From Bacteroidota bacterium (lineage in GTDB: Bacteria > Bacteroidota > Ignavibacteria > Kapaibacteriales > HRBIN21), in contig JAUQPL010000006.1 of assembly GCA_030550395.1 (NCBI GenBank), forward strand, positions 4,624 to 68,623: a DNA stretch of 64,000 nucleotides. Reading direction: 5' to 3'. This document shows positions 36,111-46,523 of the stretch, one piece after another. The notes under the pieces are model-generated. The model was not told the DNA's origin. It saw nothing but the letters and a program-made list of their open reading frames with translations, and searched no databases. The position numbers were made by a program, and so were the translations under genes. The stretch's first letter is position 1. Each line of letters begins with the position of its first letter.

Positions 36111-36545
36111 TTATTCGGCAACCCTGGGGAAAACTTTAGTCCCAACCCCGAAGTCATAGACCAGGATACCGCCGTACAACGCAGTGAGCAATAGAAGGAT
36201 GACTCCTGCAAGATGGGCAATCACAAGGATGACACGTTCTCCACGGCGTATACGCCCAGAGCGGGCTAATTCCCAAAGGCTTAGGAAGCCATACCAAAGG
36301 AGCAAGGTAAAGCCCAGTCGTTGATGCTTCTCAAGGACAATGGCAGGTCCTTGGGGTAGCTCTGAAGGAATGCTGGATTGTCCGGAGAGTACTGCCGCTG
36401 CCAGGGTCAGCGTGCCTGTCCACAAGCAGAGTCGCAGTGCCGCTTCTATCCATGGCCTGACACTCCAGAGGAGTATCACGCGGAGTACTGCAGCCATGCA
36501 GAGCAAGGCGATCGGGAAATGGACAATTGCAGGATGAAGCTGCAT
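36111..36545 (-). CDS. DUF2231-type membrane protein
   Basis: 'LHPAIVHFPIAL', conserved His, 'GGILVYDFGVG'. Confidence 0.8.
   Translation of the reverse strand: MQLHPAIVHFPIALLCMAAVLRVILLWSVRPWIEAALRLCLWTGTLTLAAAVLSGQSSIPSELPQGPAIVLEKHQRLGFTLLLWYGFLSLWELARSGRIRRGERVILVIAHLAGVILLLLTALYGGILVYDFGVGTKVFPRVAE
36112..36138 (-). promoter_or_regulatory. sigma28 (FliA) promoter of fliC
   Basis: TAAA-N15-GCCGAATA on minus strand, about 70 nt upstream of the fliC start. Confidence 0.8.
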
Positions 36546-36554
36546 GGGAGCGGC

Positions 36555-37685
36555 TTATGGGAGCAGTAGGAAAGCGAGGATTGCCGCGGCGGTGCCAAAG
36601 CGGAGGAAAGTCCAAATCCGGTAGCGGCGGACATACTCTAAGGCAGCAATACCGATGAGGCAGAGGGTGAGGATAACCAGTGCGATCCCTACGCCTTCAC
36701 CAATGGATAAACTCTTCGGGTACCACCGGGCAAAGCTGTCAAACCAAGGGGTGCCATAGAGGATGATGAGGTGTCCCACGAAGAGGAAGAGAGAATGTTG
36801 GCTGAGGAGCACGAAAGAATCTTTCCACCGTGCAACAAACCGGAAAAGCCATGCCGTTGCGCCGATGAACAGAAGAGCCAGCCCTAAGCGGAGGAGAATC
36901 AGTCCTGGATTTGCGTGGTATGGGTTTGCATGCACTGGAAGCAACGGTTGACACCACGCTGTTAACAGGGGCACAAGGGAGAGAAGCCCCAGACCCAGCG
37001 CGGGGAGATGGAGGCGCACGGCTATTGCCCGTTCTTTAGCTGAAAGCTGATGAAGCCAACTTCCGATGGGTAAGCCGAAGAAGAGATAGGCAGCAAAGGG
37101 AATGAACGGGAACAGGGAACCACGCTCCGTGCTCATATACGCTGCAAGGGGTTCAGGAAGTATCCGATACCAGTCCACCCATGCAGCAACTGGTGCGGAT
37201 ACTAGGACTGCTATCCCACTGAACAGGCCGATGAGAGCCGTGTGCCGGTTGGAACGGGTAAAGGCGAAGGTTGCTGTAACAAGCAGGAGGGTGAGGCCGA
37301 TGAGCTGTAGGATGTGGACTCGGAAGAAGTCCGTCCATTGGGCTGGAGATACGAATTTGAGGTGCCACAAACGTTGAGCGGGGAACATCATAAGGTATCC
37401 AATTCCCATAAGGGTCAGTGCCCACCGGACACGGCGCCAGAGGAGTTTCCGAGGCACGAGTCCATTTGGCTCCCGCGGGGTAGCGAAGATGTGGACGATA
37501 CCTGACAAAAGCAGGAAGATCGGTGCCGTAAGGCCTCGGAGGAAGTGCCAGATGTTCCACGGGAAGTGTGAAATATCTAGCTCTGCTGGCGTCACCAGCG
37601 CGTCCAGCGTGTGCCCCTGAATCATTAGGACCATTGCCAGCGTGCGGGCAAGGTCCAGAACGTAGAGGCGTTCTGCTTTGCTCAT
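36555..37685 (-). CDS. HGSNAT-like / DUF1624 membrane acyltransferase
   Basis: 'RLYVLDLARTLAMVLMIQGH', 'TAPIFLLLSG', 'HILQLIG', 'FPFIPF'. Confidence 0.75.
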   Translation of the reverse strand: MSKAERLYVLDLARTLAMVLMIQGHTLDALVTPAELDISHFPWNIWHFLRGLTAPIFLLLSGIVHIFATPREPNGLVPRKLLWRRVRWALTLMGIGYLMMFPAQRLWHLKFVSPAQWTDFFRVHILQLIGLTLLLVTATFAFTRSNRHTALIGLFSGIAVLVSAPVAAWVDWYRILPEPLAAYMSTERGSLFPFIPFAAYLFFGLPIGSWLHQLSAKERAIAVRLHLPALGLGLLSLVPLLTAWCQPLLPVHANPYHANPGLILLRLGLALLFIGATAWLFRFVARWKDSFVLLSQHSLFLFVGHLIILYGTPWFDSFARWYPKSLSIGEGVGIALVILTLCLIGIAALEYVRRYRIWTFLRFGTAAAILAFLLLP

Positions 37686-37819
37686 TGTGGAAAGTGGTAC
37701 TTGGTCAGGCAAATGGAGCACACAAAATTGAGACGTTTTTGTCTATCTACGCAAGAAAAGCTCTTTCAGCCGTCATTCAGCAAGCGTTCATCCGTGCGAT
37801 ATTTGAGAGTGTGACAACC

Positions 37820-39838
37820 ATGCCATACGCGGACGATCCTGCCCAAGGACACCCTGATGTTCGCACCCAGCTACCGGGGGTATCTTATTTCTTTCTCGGT
37901 AATGGGCATCTTGCTGCAGCGGTGCAGTATAGTCCCCAGGAGGGTACCCCGTTAGCGCTGGTGCTGTTCCACCCTGCTCTTCTAGGTCCTAAGCGAGCAG
38001 CTCTCAGTATGCATCCCGTGCGGGGGTTGGAGGATACGCAGTTAGTAGTGGAGTATGCCATGGGGCGCTTTACACCCTGTTGGCCGTACACGGTTGAGTG
38101 GGAGGAGGAAGCGATGGTCCCAACGGTCCGGGCTCGATGGGAGGCTGGACAATTAGAAGTAGAAGAGCGCTTCTTCTGTCCTGACCGGAGCCGACCACGG
38201 TTATTACGACTGCTTCGCCTTGTGAACCGAGGGAAAGTAATTTCGCTGAACCTTCGGACAGGGCTTGGGGAGCAGGAAATCCGGGCAGAGTTTCGGTTGG
38301 GTTCAGGGGAGGAGCGCTGGTTGGCCATTGAATATACCCTCACAGGTGAACCGCCGGAGGCTACGTGCCGCTGGACGTTGCCACAAACCCCAGAGGAGGA
38401 GGCAGTAAATTACTGGCGCCGGATTCACCATCTTCGGACAACAGTGCCGCTACTGGATGAGCTGTTCACATTCGCCTGCTGGCAACTTCCGGCAACGATT
38501 GATGTCAGTGGACGTATGGATGCCAGCATCTGGCAGTACAACCTGGAGTGGGTGCGCGACCACTGCATGAATGTTTTTGGGTTATTGGCTGCTGGACATC
38601 ACGAGGTAGCCCGCAACGTTCTGGAGCACAGTGTGCGTGACTTGGTACAGGAGGATGGAGCTCCTTATGATTCCAGCCGACCTCGCCCTCCTGAGTTAGT
38701 TGAATTGGACCAGAATGGGGTTCTTCTGTCAGCACTCCATGCCTATGTATGCTGGACGGGGGATTGGGAATTTGTCCGTCGGTGGTGGCATAAGCTGGTC
38801 GCTGTAGCGGAGTATCCATTCCAGTTCCGCGCTGAGCGGGCATTTCTCCTGCACAATGCTCGGGAGTATTGGGAGAGAATGCCTTTACACGGGGTGGAGG
38901 ATGGTTTTGAGTTGGCATATCAGGTTTGGATGGCGGTCGGGTGGGAAGCGGCGGCACGGCTGGCTGAGCGTCTTCAAGACGGACGGCGAGCATCCCGCTG
39001 GGGGAATGCTGCGGTGCGTATCCGGCGAGCCTTGTTGGCACATCCTCGCTATCGCCTGGTGGAAGATGGGCGTTTCATCAAGCGGCGATGTCTCTCGGGT
39101 GAGGTCCAGTGGGAGCTTTTCCCCCAGGACCATCCGGCAATTCCTCCGGGTGTTCCTCTGCGGTTGGAGGAGCGTCATTGGCTGAATCCCGATGCCTCCT
39201 GTGTCTTGCCTATCGTTTTGGGGCTTGTTGAAGCGCATTCCCCTCTTGCGCAGGCCACGCTCCAAGCGGTCGAGGAGCTCTGGAATCAGCGGTGGACGGA
39301 TGGGGGGTATGGGCGATACCATGTTAGTTCGGAACCGGATTCTCCAGGTCCCTGGCCGCTGGCGTCCTTACTGATTACACGAGCGTATGCCCGAGCCCGG
39401 GATGCTGAGCGGGTTTGGCGAGTGCTCCGATGGCTCCAGAGTCTGCCTCAGGCTCGCTCCGGCGCCTGGTTTGAGTTCTATGGTCCTCGTCCCATCCCGC
39501 CTTGTCCACAGGTGGGGATTCTCCTGTGGAATTGGTCTGAGCTTCTCCAGCTGCTTGTGCGGGATCTTGCAGGGGTCTGGGCAGAAGAGGAGTCTCTTTC
39601 CTTTTCTCCCTGGCTTCCGAAGGGAGTGGAAGCATTGACGTTGGAATGCCTATGGCGTGGGAAGCGCCGTATGCTTCAAGTTCGGCAAGAGGAAGGAATC
39701 GCGGAACCAGTGGTGCAGACAGATATTGGCCCACTGCCTTTTGAGCATGGGAGGGCGCGCCTACCGGAGGCAGTAACGATGGCGGAGGTGGTGTTGCCTT
39801 GCTTTATGGAAAGATCCCAAGCTGGAAGTATGCCGTAG
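37820..39838 (+). CDS. six-hairpin glycoside hydrolase (GH15-like)
   Basis: 'YNLEWVRD', 'ELDQNG', 'EYWER', 'DAS', 'GYGRY', 'GPW' typical of (alpha/alpha)6 glycosidases. Confidence 0.7.
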   Translation: MPYADDPAQGHPDVRTQLPGVSYFFLGNGHLAAAVQYSPQEGTPLALVLFHPALLGPKRAALSMHPVRGLEDTQLVVEYAMGRFTPCWPYTVEWEEEAMVPTVRARWEAGQLEVEERFFCPDRSRPRLLRLLRLVNRGKVISLNLRTGLGEQEIRAEFRLGSGEERWLAIEYTLTGEPPEATCRWTLPQTPEEEAVNYWRRIHHLRTTVPLLDELFTFACWQLPATIDVSGRMDASIWQYNLEWVRDHCMNVFGLLAAGHHEVARNVLEHSVRDLVQEDGAPYDSSRPRPPELVELDQNGVLLSALHAYVCWTGDWEFVRRWWHKLVAVAEYPFQFRAERAFLLHNAREYWERMPLHGVEDGFELAYQVWMAVGWEAAARLAERLQDGRRASRWGNAAVRIRRALLAHPRYRLVEDGRFIKRRCLSGEVQWELFPQDHPAIPPGVPLRLEERHWLNPDASCVLPIVLGLVEAHSPLAQATLQAVEELWNQRWTDGGYGRYHVSSEPDSPGPWPLASLLITRAYARARDAERVWRVLRWLQSLPQARSGAWFEFYGPRPIPPCPQVGILLWNWSELLQLLVRDLAGVWAEEESLSFSPWLPKGVEALTLECLWRGKRRMLQVRQEEGIAEPVVQTDIGPLPFEHGRARLPEAVTMAEVVLPCFMERSQAGSMP

Positions 39839-41258
39839 CGATTTTGTCAATGGCGCAGACAAAGGCAGCGGTTCGGAGGTCCTGGACACCTTTGCGAGTC
39901 TTGTGAATTTCCCAGAGTTCGTGGAAAGCCGAAATCATGGTGTCTTCCAGACCGGAGCGTACCAGGTCTACCTCATCCGGACCGCGCAGCAGGAGTTGGC
40001 GTTCCGGGGTTGTAAGTGTTTTACCGGTCAGACGCTCTACCATCTCAACCAGCCGCTGATTTGTCCGCTCCTCAAAGCGCTTTTCCAAGCGCCCTAAGCG
40101 GACATGGGCGATATTCTTGAGCCATTCAAAGTAGGAGACCACTACGCCGCCCGCATTGAGGAAGATGTCAGGCAAGATGAAAATCCCCCGCTGGAGGAGG
40201 ATTTCCTCTGCGGCAGCGGTGGTCGGGCCATTTGCGCCTTCGGCAATGATTTTTGCCCGAATGCGAGGGGCGTTATGGTAGTGGATTTGTGATTCCAGTG
40301 CCGCCGGTAGCAGAATATCGCAGTCATACTCTAAGACTGTGTCCCGTTCCTCCATCGGGATCGTTTGGGCTTTGGGGTAGTAGAGGATAGAGCCTGTTTC
40401 CCGGCGATGGCGCGCCAGCTCTTCAACGTCAATCCCATCCGGGTTGTAAACAGCGCCATCCCACTCAATGACGGCAGTGATGATAGCTCCTCCCTCTTGC
40501 TGGAGGAATCGGGCAGCGTGATAGCCAACATTGCCGAATCCTTGGACAATAACACGCTTGCCCTCCAGACCTGGCTCCAAACCCAGTGGACGTACCAGCT
40601 CGGGCAAGGAGAGGGCTTCCCGGATTCCGAAGTAAATGCCTAAGCCTGTAGCTTCTGTCCGACCACGGACACCGCCCTGTTCAACGGGTTTTCCTGTGAC
40701 ACACGCCAGCGCATTAATGTCATCAGGACGGAATGCCATGTAGGTATCGGCAATCCATGCCATCTCCCGGGGACCTGTTCCATAATCCGGCGCAGGAACA
40801 TCCAGCGAAGGACCGATGAAGTTCTTTTGTATCAGCTCCACTGTATAGCGGCGGGTAATCCGCTCCAGCTCTTCTTCGGTGTAGTTACGGGGATTGATCT
40901 TAATGCCGCCCTTCGCGCCCCCGAAGGGAACGTTGACAATGGCACACTTGTAGGTCATCAAGGCTGCGAGAGCCATGATTTCGTCTTGACCCACGGTCTC
41001 TGCATACCGTATACCGCCCTTGCACGGCAAGCGGTGATGACTATGTTCGGCGCGCCAGCCTTGGATGACCTGTATTTCGCCGCGAATGCGAACAGGGAAC
41101 TGGACATAGTAGACTTTGTTGCATACTCGAATTTGCTCCAGCAATCCACGCGGATAGTCTAACAGTGCTGCCGCTTTAGCGAAGTTGCGATCAACAGATT
41201 CTGAAAATGACAGAGTCTCCCGTGCCTGTGCCGCCGGAGCAGCAGTGTCTACCACCAT
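39804..41258 (-). CDS. gdhA: glutamate dehydrogenase (Glu/Leu/Phe/Val family)
   Basis: 'PCKGGIRY', 'PFGGAKGG', 'DVPAPD', 'GFGNVG', 'EGANGP'. Confidence 0.93.
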   Translation of the reverse strand: MVVDTAAPAAQARETLSFSESVDRNFAKAAALLDYPRGLLEQIRVCNKVYYVQFPVRIRGEIQVIQGWRAEHSHHRLPCKGGIRYAETVGQDEIMALAALMTYKCAIVNVPFGGAKGGIKINPRNYTEEELERITRRYTVELIQKNFIGPSLDVPAPDYGTGPREMAWIADTYMAFRPDDINALACVTGKPVEQGGVRGRTEATGLGIYFGIREALSLPELVRPLGLEPGLEGKRVIVQGFGNVGYHAARFLQQEGGAIITAVIEWDGAVYNPDGIDVEELARHRRETGSILYYPKAQTIPMEERDTVLEYDCDILLPAALESQIHYHNAPRIRAKIIAEGANGPTTAAAEEILLQRGIFILPDIFLNAGGVVVSYFEWLKNIAHVRLGRLEKRFEERTNQRLVEMVERLTGKTLTTPERQLLLRGPDEVDLVRSGLEDTMISAFHELWEIHKTRKGVQDLRTAAFVCAIDKIATAYFQLGIFP

Positions 41259-41289
41259 TGACAGATAGCTCTCTTTGAGACATACTGAA

Positions 41290-41315
41290 GGGGCAGGAGA
41301 TAATACTCCTGCCCC
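41290..41315 (-). terminator. stem-loop between hppD and gdhA
   Basis: GGGGCAGGAG-ataata-CTCCTGCCCC perfect 10-bp stem; weak U-tract. Confidence 0.5.
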
Positions 41316-41336
41316 GAGAGTATTCTACGGGATGGC

Positions 41337-42464
41337 TTAGAGGTTACCTCGCAACGCTTGCTCTCGCTCAATGGCTTCAAAGAGTGCCTTGAAGTTCCCT
41401 TTCCCGAAGGATTCTGCCCCTTTCCGCTGAATGAGCTCATAGAAGAGAGTTGGGCGATCTTGTACGGGCTTGGTAAAGATTTGAAGCATGTAGCCCTTGT
41501 CGTCTCGGTCTACCAGGATGTTGAGTTCGCGCAACGAGTCAATATCTTCGTCAATTTTGCCTACCCGCTGCTCCAGCTCATCGTAGTAGGTCGTGGGGGT
41601 GTAGAGGAACTCCACACCGCGAGCCTTAAGCTGTCGGACAGTTTGCACGATGTTCTCACACTCCAGCGCAATATGCTGAACCCCTGGACCATTGTTGTAG
41701 AGCACGAACTCCTCGATCTGTGAGCGCCGCCTTCCTTCGGCTGGCTCATTGATGGGGAACTTGATCCATTTGTTCTCGTTAGCGACCACGGTGGAGCGCA
41801 GAGCGGAGTACTCAGTGGAGATATCTTTATCGTCAAAGGAAACGAAGCGCTGGAAACCGAAGACACGGTTGTAAAAAGCAACGTACTCGTTCATCTGATT
41901 CCAGCCAACATTCCCCACGACGTGGTCAATGTGTTTGAATCCGACTGGGCGCGCAAGCTCATCTTTCGGCGTACTTTGATAGGGAGGCAAGAAAACACCG
42001 GCATAGGCATCGCGCTGGATGAAGCTATGGATAACGTCCCCATAGGTTGCAATGGCAGCAACGATGACTTTGCCGTATTCATCCTCTAAGACGCTCGGTT
42101 CACGCACGCCGCGAGCGCCCCGCTCAACAGCTTTCCGGTAGCAGAACTCGGCATCATCTACTTCAAAAGCGATGTCGCGAACCCCATCCCCGTGTTTGAC
42201 CAACCATTCCGCAATGGGATGATCGGAGACAACGGGAGCGGTCACTACCAGGGTTACCTTGTTTTGGCGTAGGACATACGAGGCTGTTTGCCGTACCCCT
42301 GTCTCCGGTCCGGCGAAGCCAATCAGCTCAAACCCGAAAGCATGGCGGTAGAAGTAAGAGGCTTGCTTGGCGTTCCCCACGTAGAGCTCAATATGGTGGA
42401 TGCGGCGAATAGGTAGTGGTTCCACGGTGGCTGCTCCAGGGGCTGTTTCTGTGTGAAGTTGCAT
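41337..42464 (-). CDS. hppD: 4-hydroxyphenylpyruvate dioxygenase
   Basis: 'IDHVVGNV', 'PINEPA', 'GVQHIAL', 'LQIFTKP', 'FGKGNFKALFEAIE'. Confidence 0.97.
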   Translation of the reverse strand: MQLHTETAPGAATVEPLPIRRIHHIELYVGNAKQASYFYRHAFGFELIGFAGPETGVRQTASYVLRQNKVTLVVTAPVVSDHPIAEWLVKHGDGVRDIAFEVDDAEFCYRKAVERGARGVREPSVLEDEYGKVIVAAIATYGDVIHSFIQRDAYAGVFLPPYQSTPKDELARPVGFKHIDHVVGNVGWNQMNEYVAFYNRVFGFQRFVSFDDKDISTEYSALRSTVVANENKWIKFPINEPAEGRRRSQIEEFVLYNNGPGVQHIALECENIVQTVRQLKARGVEFLYTPTTYYDELEQRVGKIDEDIDSLRELNILVDRDDKGYMLQIFTKPVQDRPTLFYELIQRKGAESFGKGNFKALFEAIEREQALRGNL

Positions 42465-42526
42465 AGCAACCTCTCCGAGATTGGGACATGTTCACGTGAT
42501 ACAAACTTAGCAAAAGCCTTAAAGAC

Positions 42527-44116
42527 TTACTCCGGGCGGGGGACGAAGCGGACTCGTATGACCACTCCGAAGAAGCCGGGGCGCACATCGGTGGTGGTTT
42601 CCCACCGGAGATTCGGGAGTGGGGATAAGCGGTGGCGCAATTCCGTTGCAGCGGTGTATGCCCGCAGTTGGGCAAGCATGGGCGCCTCCAACAAGGTGCC
42701 TGGCAGTAGTTGGAGCCCTGCCACAGATACCGGGGGTCCGGTGTAGAGTGCGGAAGCATTGGGTTCGGCAACACCCGTGACGATAATGTGAATGCGTTCG
42801 AGAGGCCTGCATCCCGGTGCGGTAAGGTGAGCAATCAGGTTTACGAGACTGTCCAGCCGTTGTTCCGTCAGCCGGACCCCCTCTGTTTCCCAGTCCAGTT
42901 GCGACTTGCCGGGGGGAGGGAAAGAACGGAGGGTAAACTGTTCGTGGAGCAGTTGTCCCCATGCATGCTCTGACGTTGACAGATGGTAACTTGAGGAGCC
43001 AGCGAAAGGGAGCTCATACACGGCCTCTGGTATCGTATCCAGTGGGCTAATCGGGATGCGATATACGACACTCCGGAAGAAATCGCACGGTGTAGAGACG
43101 GTGAGCTGAACCTCGGGAGAACAAGGGACCTTGTACCGGATCCGGAGGTGCTGGAATGCGGAGGTCGGGAGAGAAAATTGTCCTGATGCAGGAATCTGGA
43201 GTCTCTGTCCCCCTTGCTCGATGATGAGTGTTCCCGACACGGTGGTATCCGGAGATGGAGGAGGCTGGAACACAATGTGAACAGGTCCGCAGAGCGCGAA
43301 GGCGAAGAGATCGTATCCTCCTTGGCCTTCGCGTCGGTTGGAGGCGAAAAGAAGAGTGTCTTGCCAGAGGATGGGAGTCATGTCGTCGGCTTCGGAGGAG
43401 AATGGGGGTGGCAGGAGAAGGATGCGTTCCCAGTGTCCAGGGGCTATCGGAGCGGCGATCAGGAGTTTCCACCGACCGGAGATGTCCACGCCCCGAGAAG
43501 CGAAGACAAAACGCCCATCCGGCAGGAACCAGGGCATGGCATCGTCGGAGGGGGTGTTGATGTGTGGACCCATGTTTTCAGGGGGTGTCCAACGACCATT
43601 GGGAAGACGTCGGCTGAGGTAGAGGTCTAATCCACCCCATCCCCCGGGTCGGTCGGAGGCGAAGATGAGCCATTCTCCGTCGGGCGATATACTAGGATGT
43701 CCGTCCCATGCTGGTGAGTTCAGGTCTGAGAGAAGTTCTGGGGGGCTCCACTGGTCCCTATTCCACTGCCGTACGGCGAGCTCTGCCGAAAGCGATGCTG
43801 TTACGAGGGTTCCTAATACTGTGGGCGGTGAACGGCGAAGGGCTTGGCGCGGGAGGAATGAGCTGTCGGTTAGCAGGGTCTGTATCCGATAAGTGTTCCA
43901 TACCGTATCGGGACGCAGCGTAAGGAAGGTTCGATATTGCATCTGTGTCTGGCTGATGAAGAGGACGGATTCTTCCAGCAGTCCCACAATGTGCTCGTCA
44001 CCTTTGGTGTTTACTTGCCGCAGGCGCTCGCTCAGCGAAAGGTGGGGCATGGCAGGGGCCTCACAGTAAGCGAGCATCAGGATGTACAGACAAACCCGGT
44101 AGGCACGGATGCCCAT
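42527..44116 (-). CDS. PD40-repeat protein with divergent C-terminal domain
   Basis: 'NSPAWDGHPSISPDGEWLIFASDRPGGWGGLDLY', 'FASNRREGQGGYDLF'. Confidence 0.75.
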   Translation of the reverse strand: MGIRAYRVCLYILMLAYCEAPAMPHLSLSERLRQVNTKGDEHIVGLLEESVLFISQTQMQYRTFLTLRPDTVWNTYRIQTLLTDSSFLPRQALRRSPPTVLGTLVTASLSAELAVRQWNRDQWSPPELLSDLNSPAWDGHPSISPDGEWLIFASDRPGGWGGLDLYLSRRLPNGRWTPPENMGPHINTPSDDAMPWFLPDGRFVFASRGVDISGRWKLLIAAPIAPGHWERILLLPPPFSSEADDMTPILWQDTLLFASNRREGQGGYDLFAFALCGPVHIVFQPPPSPDTTVSGTLIIEQGGQRLQIPASGQFSLPTSAFQHLRIRYKVPCSPEVQLTVSTPCDFFRSVVYRIPISPLDTIPEAVYELPFAGSSSYHLSTSEHAWGQLLHEQFTLRSFPPPGKSQLDWETEGVRLTEQRLDSLVNLIAHLTAPGCRPLERIHIIVTGVAEPNASALYTGPPVSVAGLQLLPGTLLEAPMLAQLRAYTAATELRHRLSPLPNLRWETTTDVRPGFFGVVIRVRFVPRPE

Positions 44117-44235
44117 ACTGCTTCAGGATAAGCCAAGGGCTACGACGAACGAAAATAAGCACTTTGGGAATGGAGCGCTCCCATAATGAGGGCTTCCATT
44201 GTGCGTCTTAGCAAGCTAAGCTGCTGGTAAGAGCT

Positions 44236-44598
44236 ATGGCTGGGCTGGAGGCGGGAAAGCGAAGGCACGTGTTTGTTTATGGTGGCTTTCTTGTGGCGGT
44301 AGCAGCAATAGCCTTCGTCATGCTGGAGGGGCATCTCCGACTGCGCTTGTCGGTCGGTGCTGTAATTGTTGCCCTCCAGGTATTGGCTCTGTGGCGCCTC
44401 GGGAGGCGGTTCCCTCGGAGTGCGCTATCCTTGTGGGTAGTCACGGCCGTGCTGATCAGCTGGGTATGGGGACGGTTAGCATGGAATGCGGTGGATACGA
44501 TGCCGTTGGTAACCCTGCTTTTAGGAGCTGCAATCGGTGCGACGCTGGGTGTGACGTATCTATGGGTGAGAGACACATGGGGGCAATCGACCGGATGA
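44236..44598 (+). CDS. small membrane protein
   Basis: Four hydrophobic segments; stop overlaps hslV start (ATGA). Confidence 0.6.
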   Translation: MAGLEAGKRRHVFVYGGFLVAVAAIAFVMLEGHLRLRLSVGAVIVALQVLALWRLGRRFPRSALSLWVVTAVLISWVWGRLAWNAVDTMPLVTLLLGAAIGATLGVTYLWVRDTWGQSTG

Positions 44599-45125
44599 AG
44601 CTGTATCAGACCACCGTTGTCGCTGTTCTGCGAGATGGTAAGGCGGCAATGGGTGCTGATGGACAAGTCACGATGGGAAATACGGTTTTGAAGCAGCGGG
44701 CGCGCAAAGTCCGTCGCCTTTATAACGACCGGATTCTCGCAGGCTTTTCCGGGGCGACGGCAGACGCTTTAACTTTGCTCCAGCGCTTTGAGGAGAAGCT
44801 AGAGAGTAATCGGGGAAATTTGCTGCGGTCTGCTATTGAGTTGGCGAAGGAGTGGCGCACCGACCGGTACTTACGTCACTTGGAGGCATTGCTTTTGGTG
44901 ATGGATATGACCCAACTTCTCCTTATCAGCGGCACGGGAGACGTCATTGAGCCCGATGATCATATAGCCGCTATTGGCTCCGGTGGGGGCTTTGCATTGG
45001 CGGCTGCCCGGGCGCTGTTACACCATACACAGCTGCCGGCCCGCCGCATTGTGGAGGAGTCGCTCCGAATTGCAGGTGGCATTTGCATTTACACCAACGA
45101 CGTCATCACAGTGGAGGAACTCTAA
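44595..45125 (+). CDS. hslV: ATP-dependent protease subunit HslV
   Basis: 'TTVVAV', 'DGQVTMG', 'GFSGATADA', 'WRTDRYLR', 'GSGG', 'ICIYTN'. Confidence 0.96.
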   Translation: MKLYQTTVVAVLRDGKAAMGADGQVTMGNTVLKQRARKVRRLYNDRILAGFSGATADALTLLQRFEEKLESNRGNLLRSAIELAKEWRTDRYLRHLEALLLVMDMTQLLLISGTGDVIEPDDHIAAIGSGGGFALAAARALLHHTQLPARRIVEESLRIAGGICIYTNDVITVEEL

Positions 45126-46516
45126 TGGGAGAGGCGCTCTACGGCGAGCAGTTATTAGAGCGTGTACGCTCGTTGACACCGCAACAGATCGTACGGGAGC
45201 TTGACAAGTACATCGTTGGGCAGCAGGAAGCGAAACGTGCCGTCGCAATTGCACTGCGCAATCGGTGGCGGCGCCAGCAGGTGCAAGGATGGTTACGGGA
45301 GGAAATCGTCCCGAACAACATCATTCTGATCGGACCGACGGGAGTGGGTAAGACGGAAATCGCCCGGCGTCTGGCAAAGCTGACGCAGGCTCCTTTCGTT
45401 AAGGTAGAAGCCACGCGCTTTACCGAAGTTGGCTACGTCGGACGGGATGTAGAATCAATGGTCCGTGATCTGGTTGAGGTTGCTGTGGCGATGGTGCGGG
45501 CGGAGAAGATGGAGGAGGTTCGTCGGCAAGCCCGGGCGGCAGCTGAACAGCGCCTTTTGGATTTGCTTTTGCCTCTGCCTCGCCCTGCCGGTTTGGGACT
45601 TGATACGGGGAGGATGGAAGAGGTGAGTCGCTACTATACTGCTCATCAGCAACTTCAGGCGCAGCTCCAAGCCGGTGAGTTAGACCATCAGCTTGTTGAA
45701 ATAGAGTTGCCTGTTGACTTTCCCCCCACGATGTACTTGTTTGGTCCGGCTCAGTTAGAAGAATTAGGGTACAACTTGCGTGAGCTCTTCCGCCGCTTTA
45801 TGCCGAGGGAAACCCGGAAACGCCGAGTCACTGTGGCCGAAGCTCGCTCTATCCTGGAGCAGGAGGAGGCGAATAAATTCATTGATATGGAGGCTGTCGT
45901 CCATGAAGCACTCTTCCGAGCAGAGAACCTCGGCATCATTTTCATTGACGAGATTGACAAAATTGCTGTTTCCGGCAGGACCCATCACGGACCTGATGTA
46001 TCGCGGGAAGGGGTGCAGCGAGATCTCCTCCCCATTGTGGAGGGAGCAACTGTGATGACGAAGTATGGACCGGTGCGTACCGATCACATTCTCTTCATTG
46101 CCTCCGGGGCCTTCCACATTGCAAAGCCGTCCGATCTGATCCCAGAGTTGCAGGGACGTTTCCCTATTCGGGTAGAGCTCCACAGTTTAACGGAGGAGGA
46201 CTTTGTCAAGATCCTCACCCAGCCGGAGAATGCACTGATCAAGCAGTATCAAGCCTTGCTGAAGGCTGAGGGAGTCCACTTAGAGTTCACCGAGGATGCC
46301 ATCCGAGAAATTGCCGCCATAGCAGCTCGGGTGAACGAGGAGGTCACCAATATTGGAGCACGGCGCTTGCATACGATTCTGTTCACCGTCTTGGAAGATG
46401 TTCTGTTTGGAGCGCCAGAGAACACCGAAGGGGTCGTGCGAGTTGATGCCGAGTATGTTCGCTCGCGTTTGAGCGGTGTCGTGCAGAATGTAGATTTGAG
46501 TCGCTACATCCTCTGA
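45125..46516 (+). CDS. hslU: ATP-dependent protease ATPase subunit HslU
   Basis: '[15 protein letters not shown]', 'GYVGRDVES', 'FIDEIDK', C-terminal 'DLSRYIL'. Confidence 0.96.
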   Translation: MGEALYGEQLLERVRSLTPQQIVRELDKYIVGQQEAKRAVAIALRNRWRRQQVQGWLREEIVPNNIILIGPTGVGKTEIARRLAKLTQAPFVKVEATRFTEVGYVGRDVESMVRDLVEVAVAMVRAEKMEEVRRQARAAAEQRLLDLLLPLPRPAGLGLDTGRMEEVSRYYTAHQQLQAQLQAGELDHQLVEIELPVDFPPTMYLFGPAQLEELGYNLRELFRRFMPRETRKRRVTVAEARSILEQEEANKFIDMEAVVHEALFRAENLGIIFIDEIDKIAVSGRTHHGPDVSREGVQRDLLPIVEGATVMTKYGPVRTDHILFIASGAFHIAKPSDLIPELQGRFPIRVELHSLTEEDFVKILTQPENALIKQYQALLKAEGVHLEFTEDAIREIAAIAARVNEEVTNIGARRLHTILFTVLEDVLFGAPENTEGVVRVDAEYVRSRLSGVVQNVDLSRYIL

Positions 46517-46523
46517 TGGCGCT

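Noticed and set aside
44391..44594. Apparent long N-terminal extension of HslV (similar extensions on prpC, flaG, the OmpA at 6760 and the GH at 37568)
   Set aside because: Artefact of longest-ORF calling; better internal starts exist, with coupling overlaps or SD sites.
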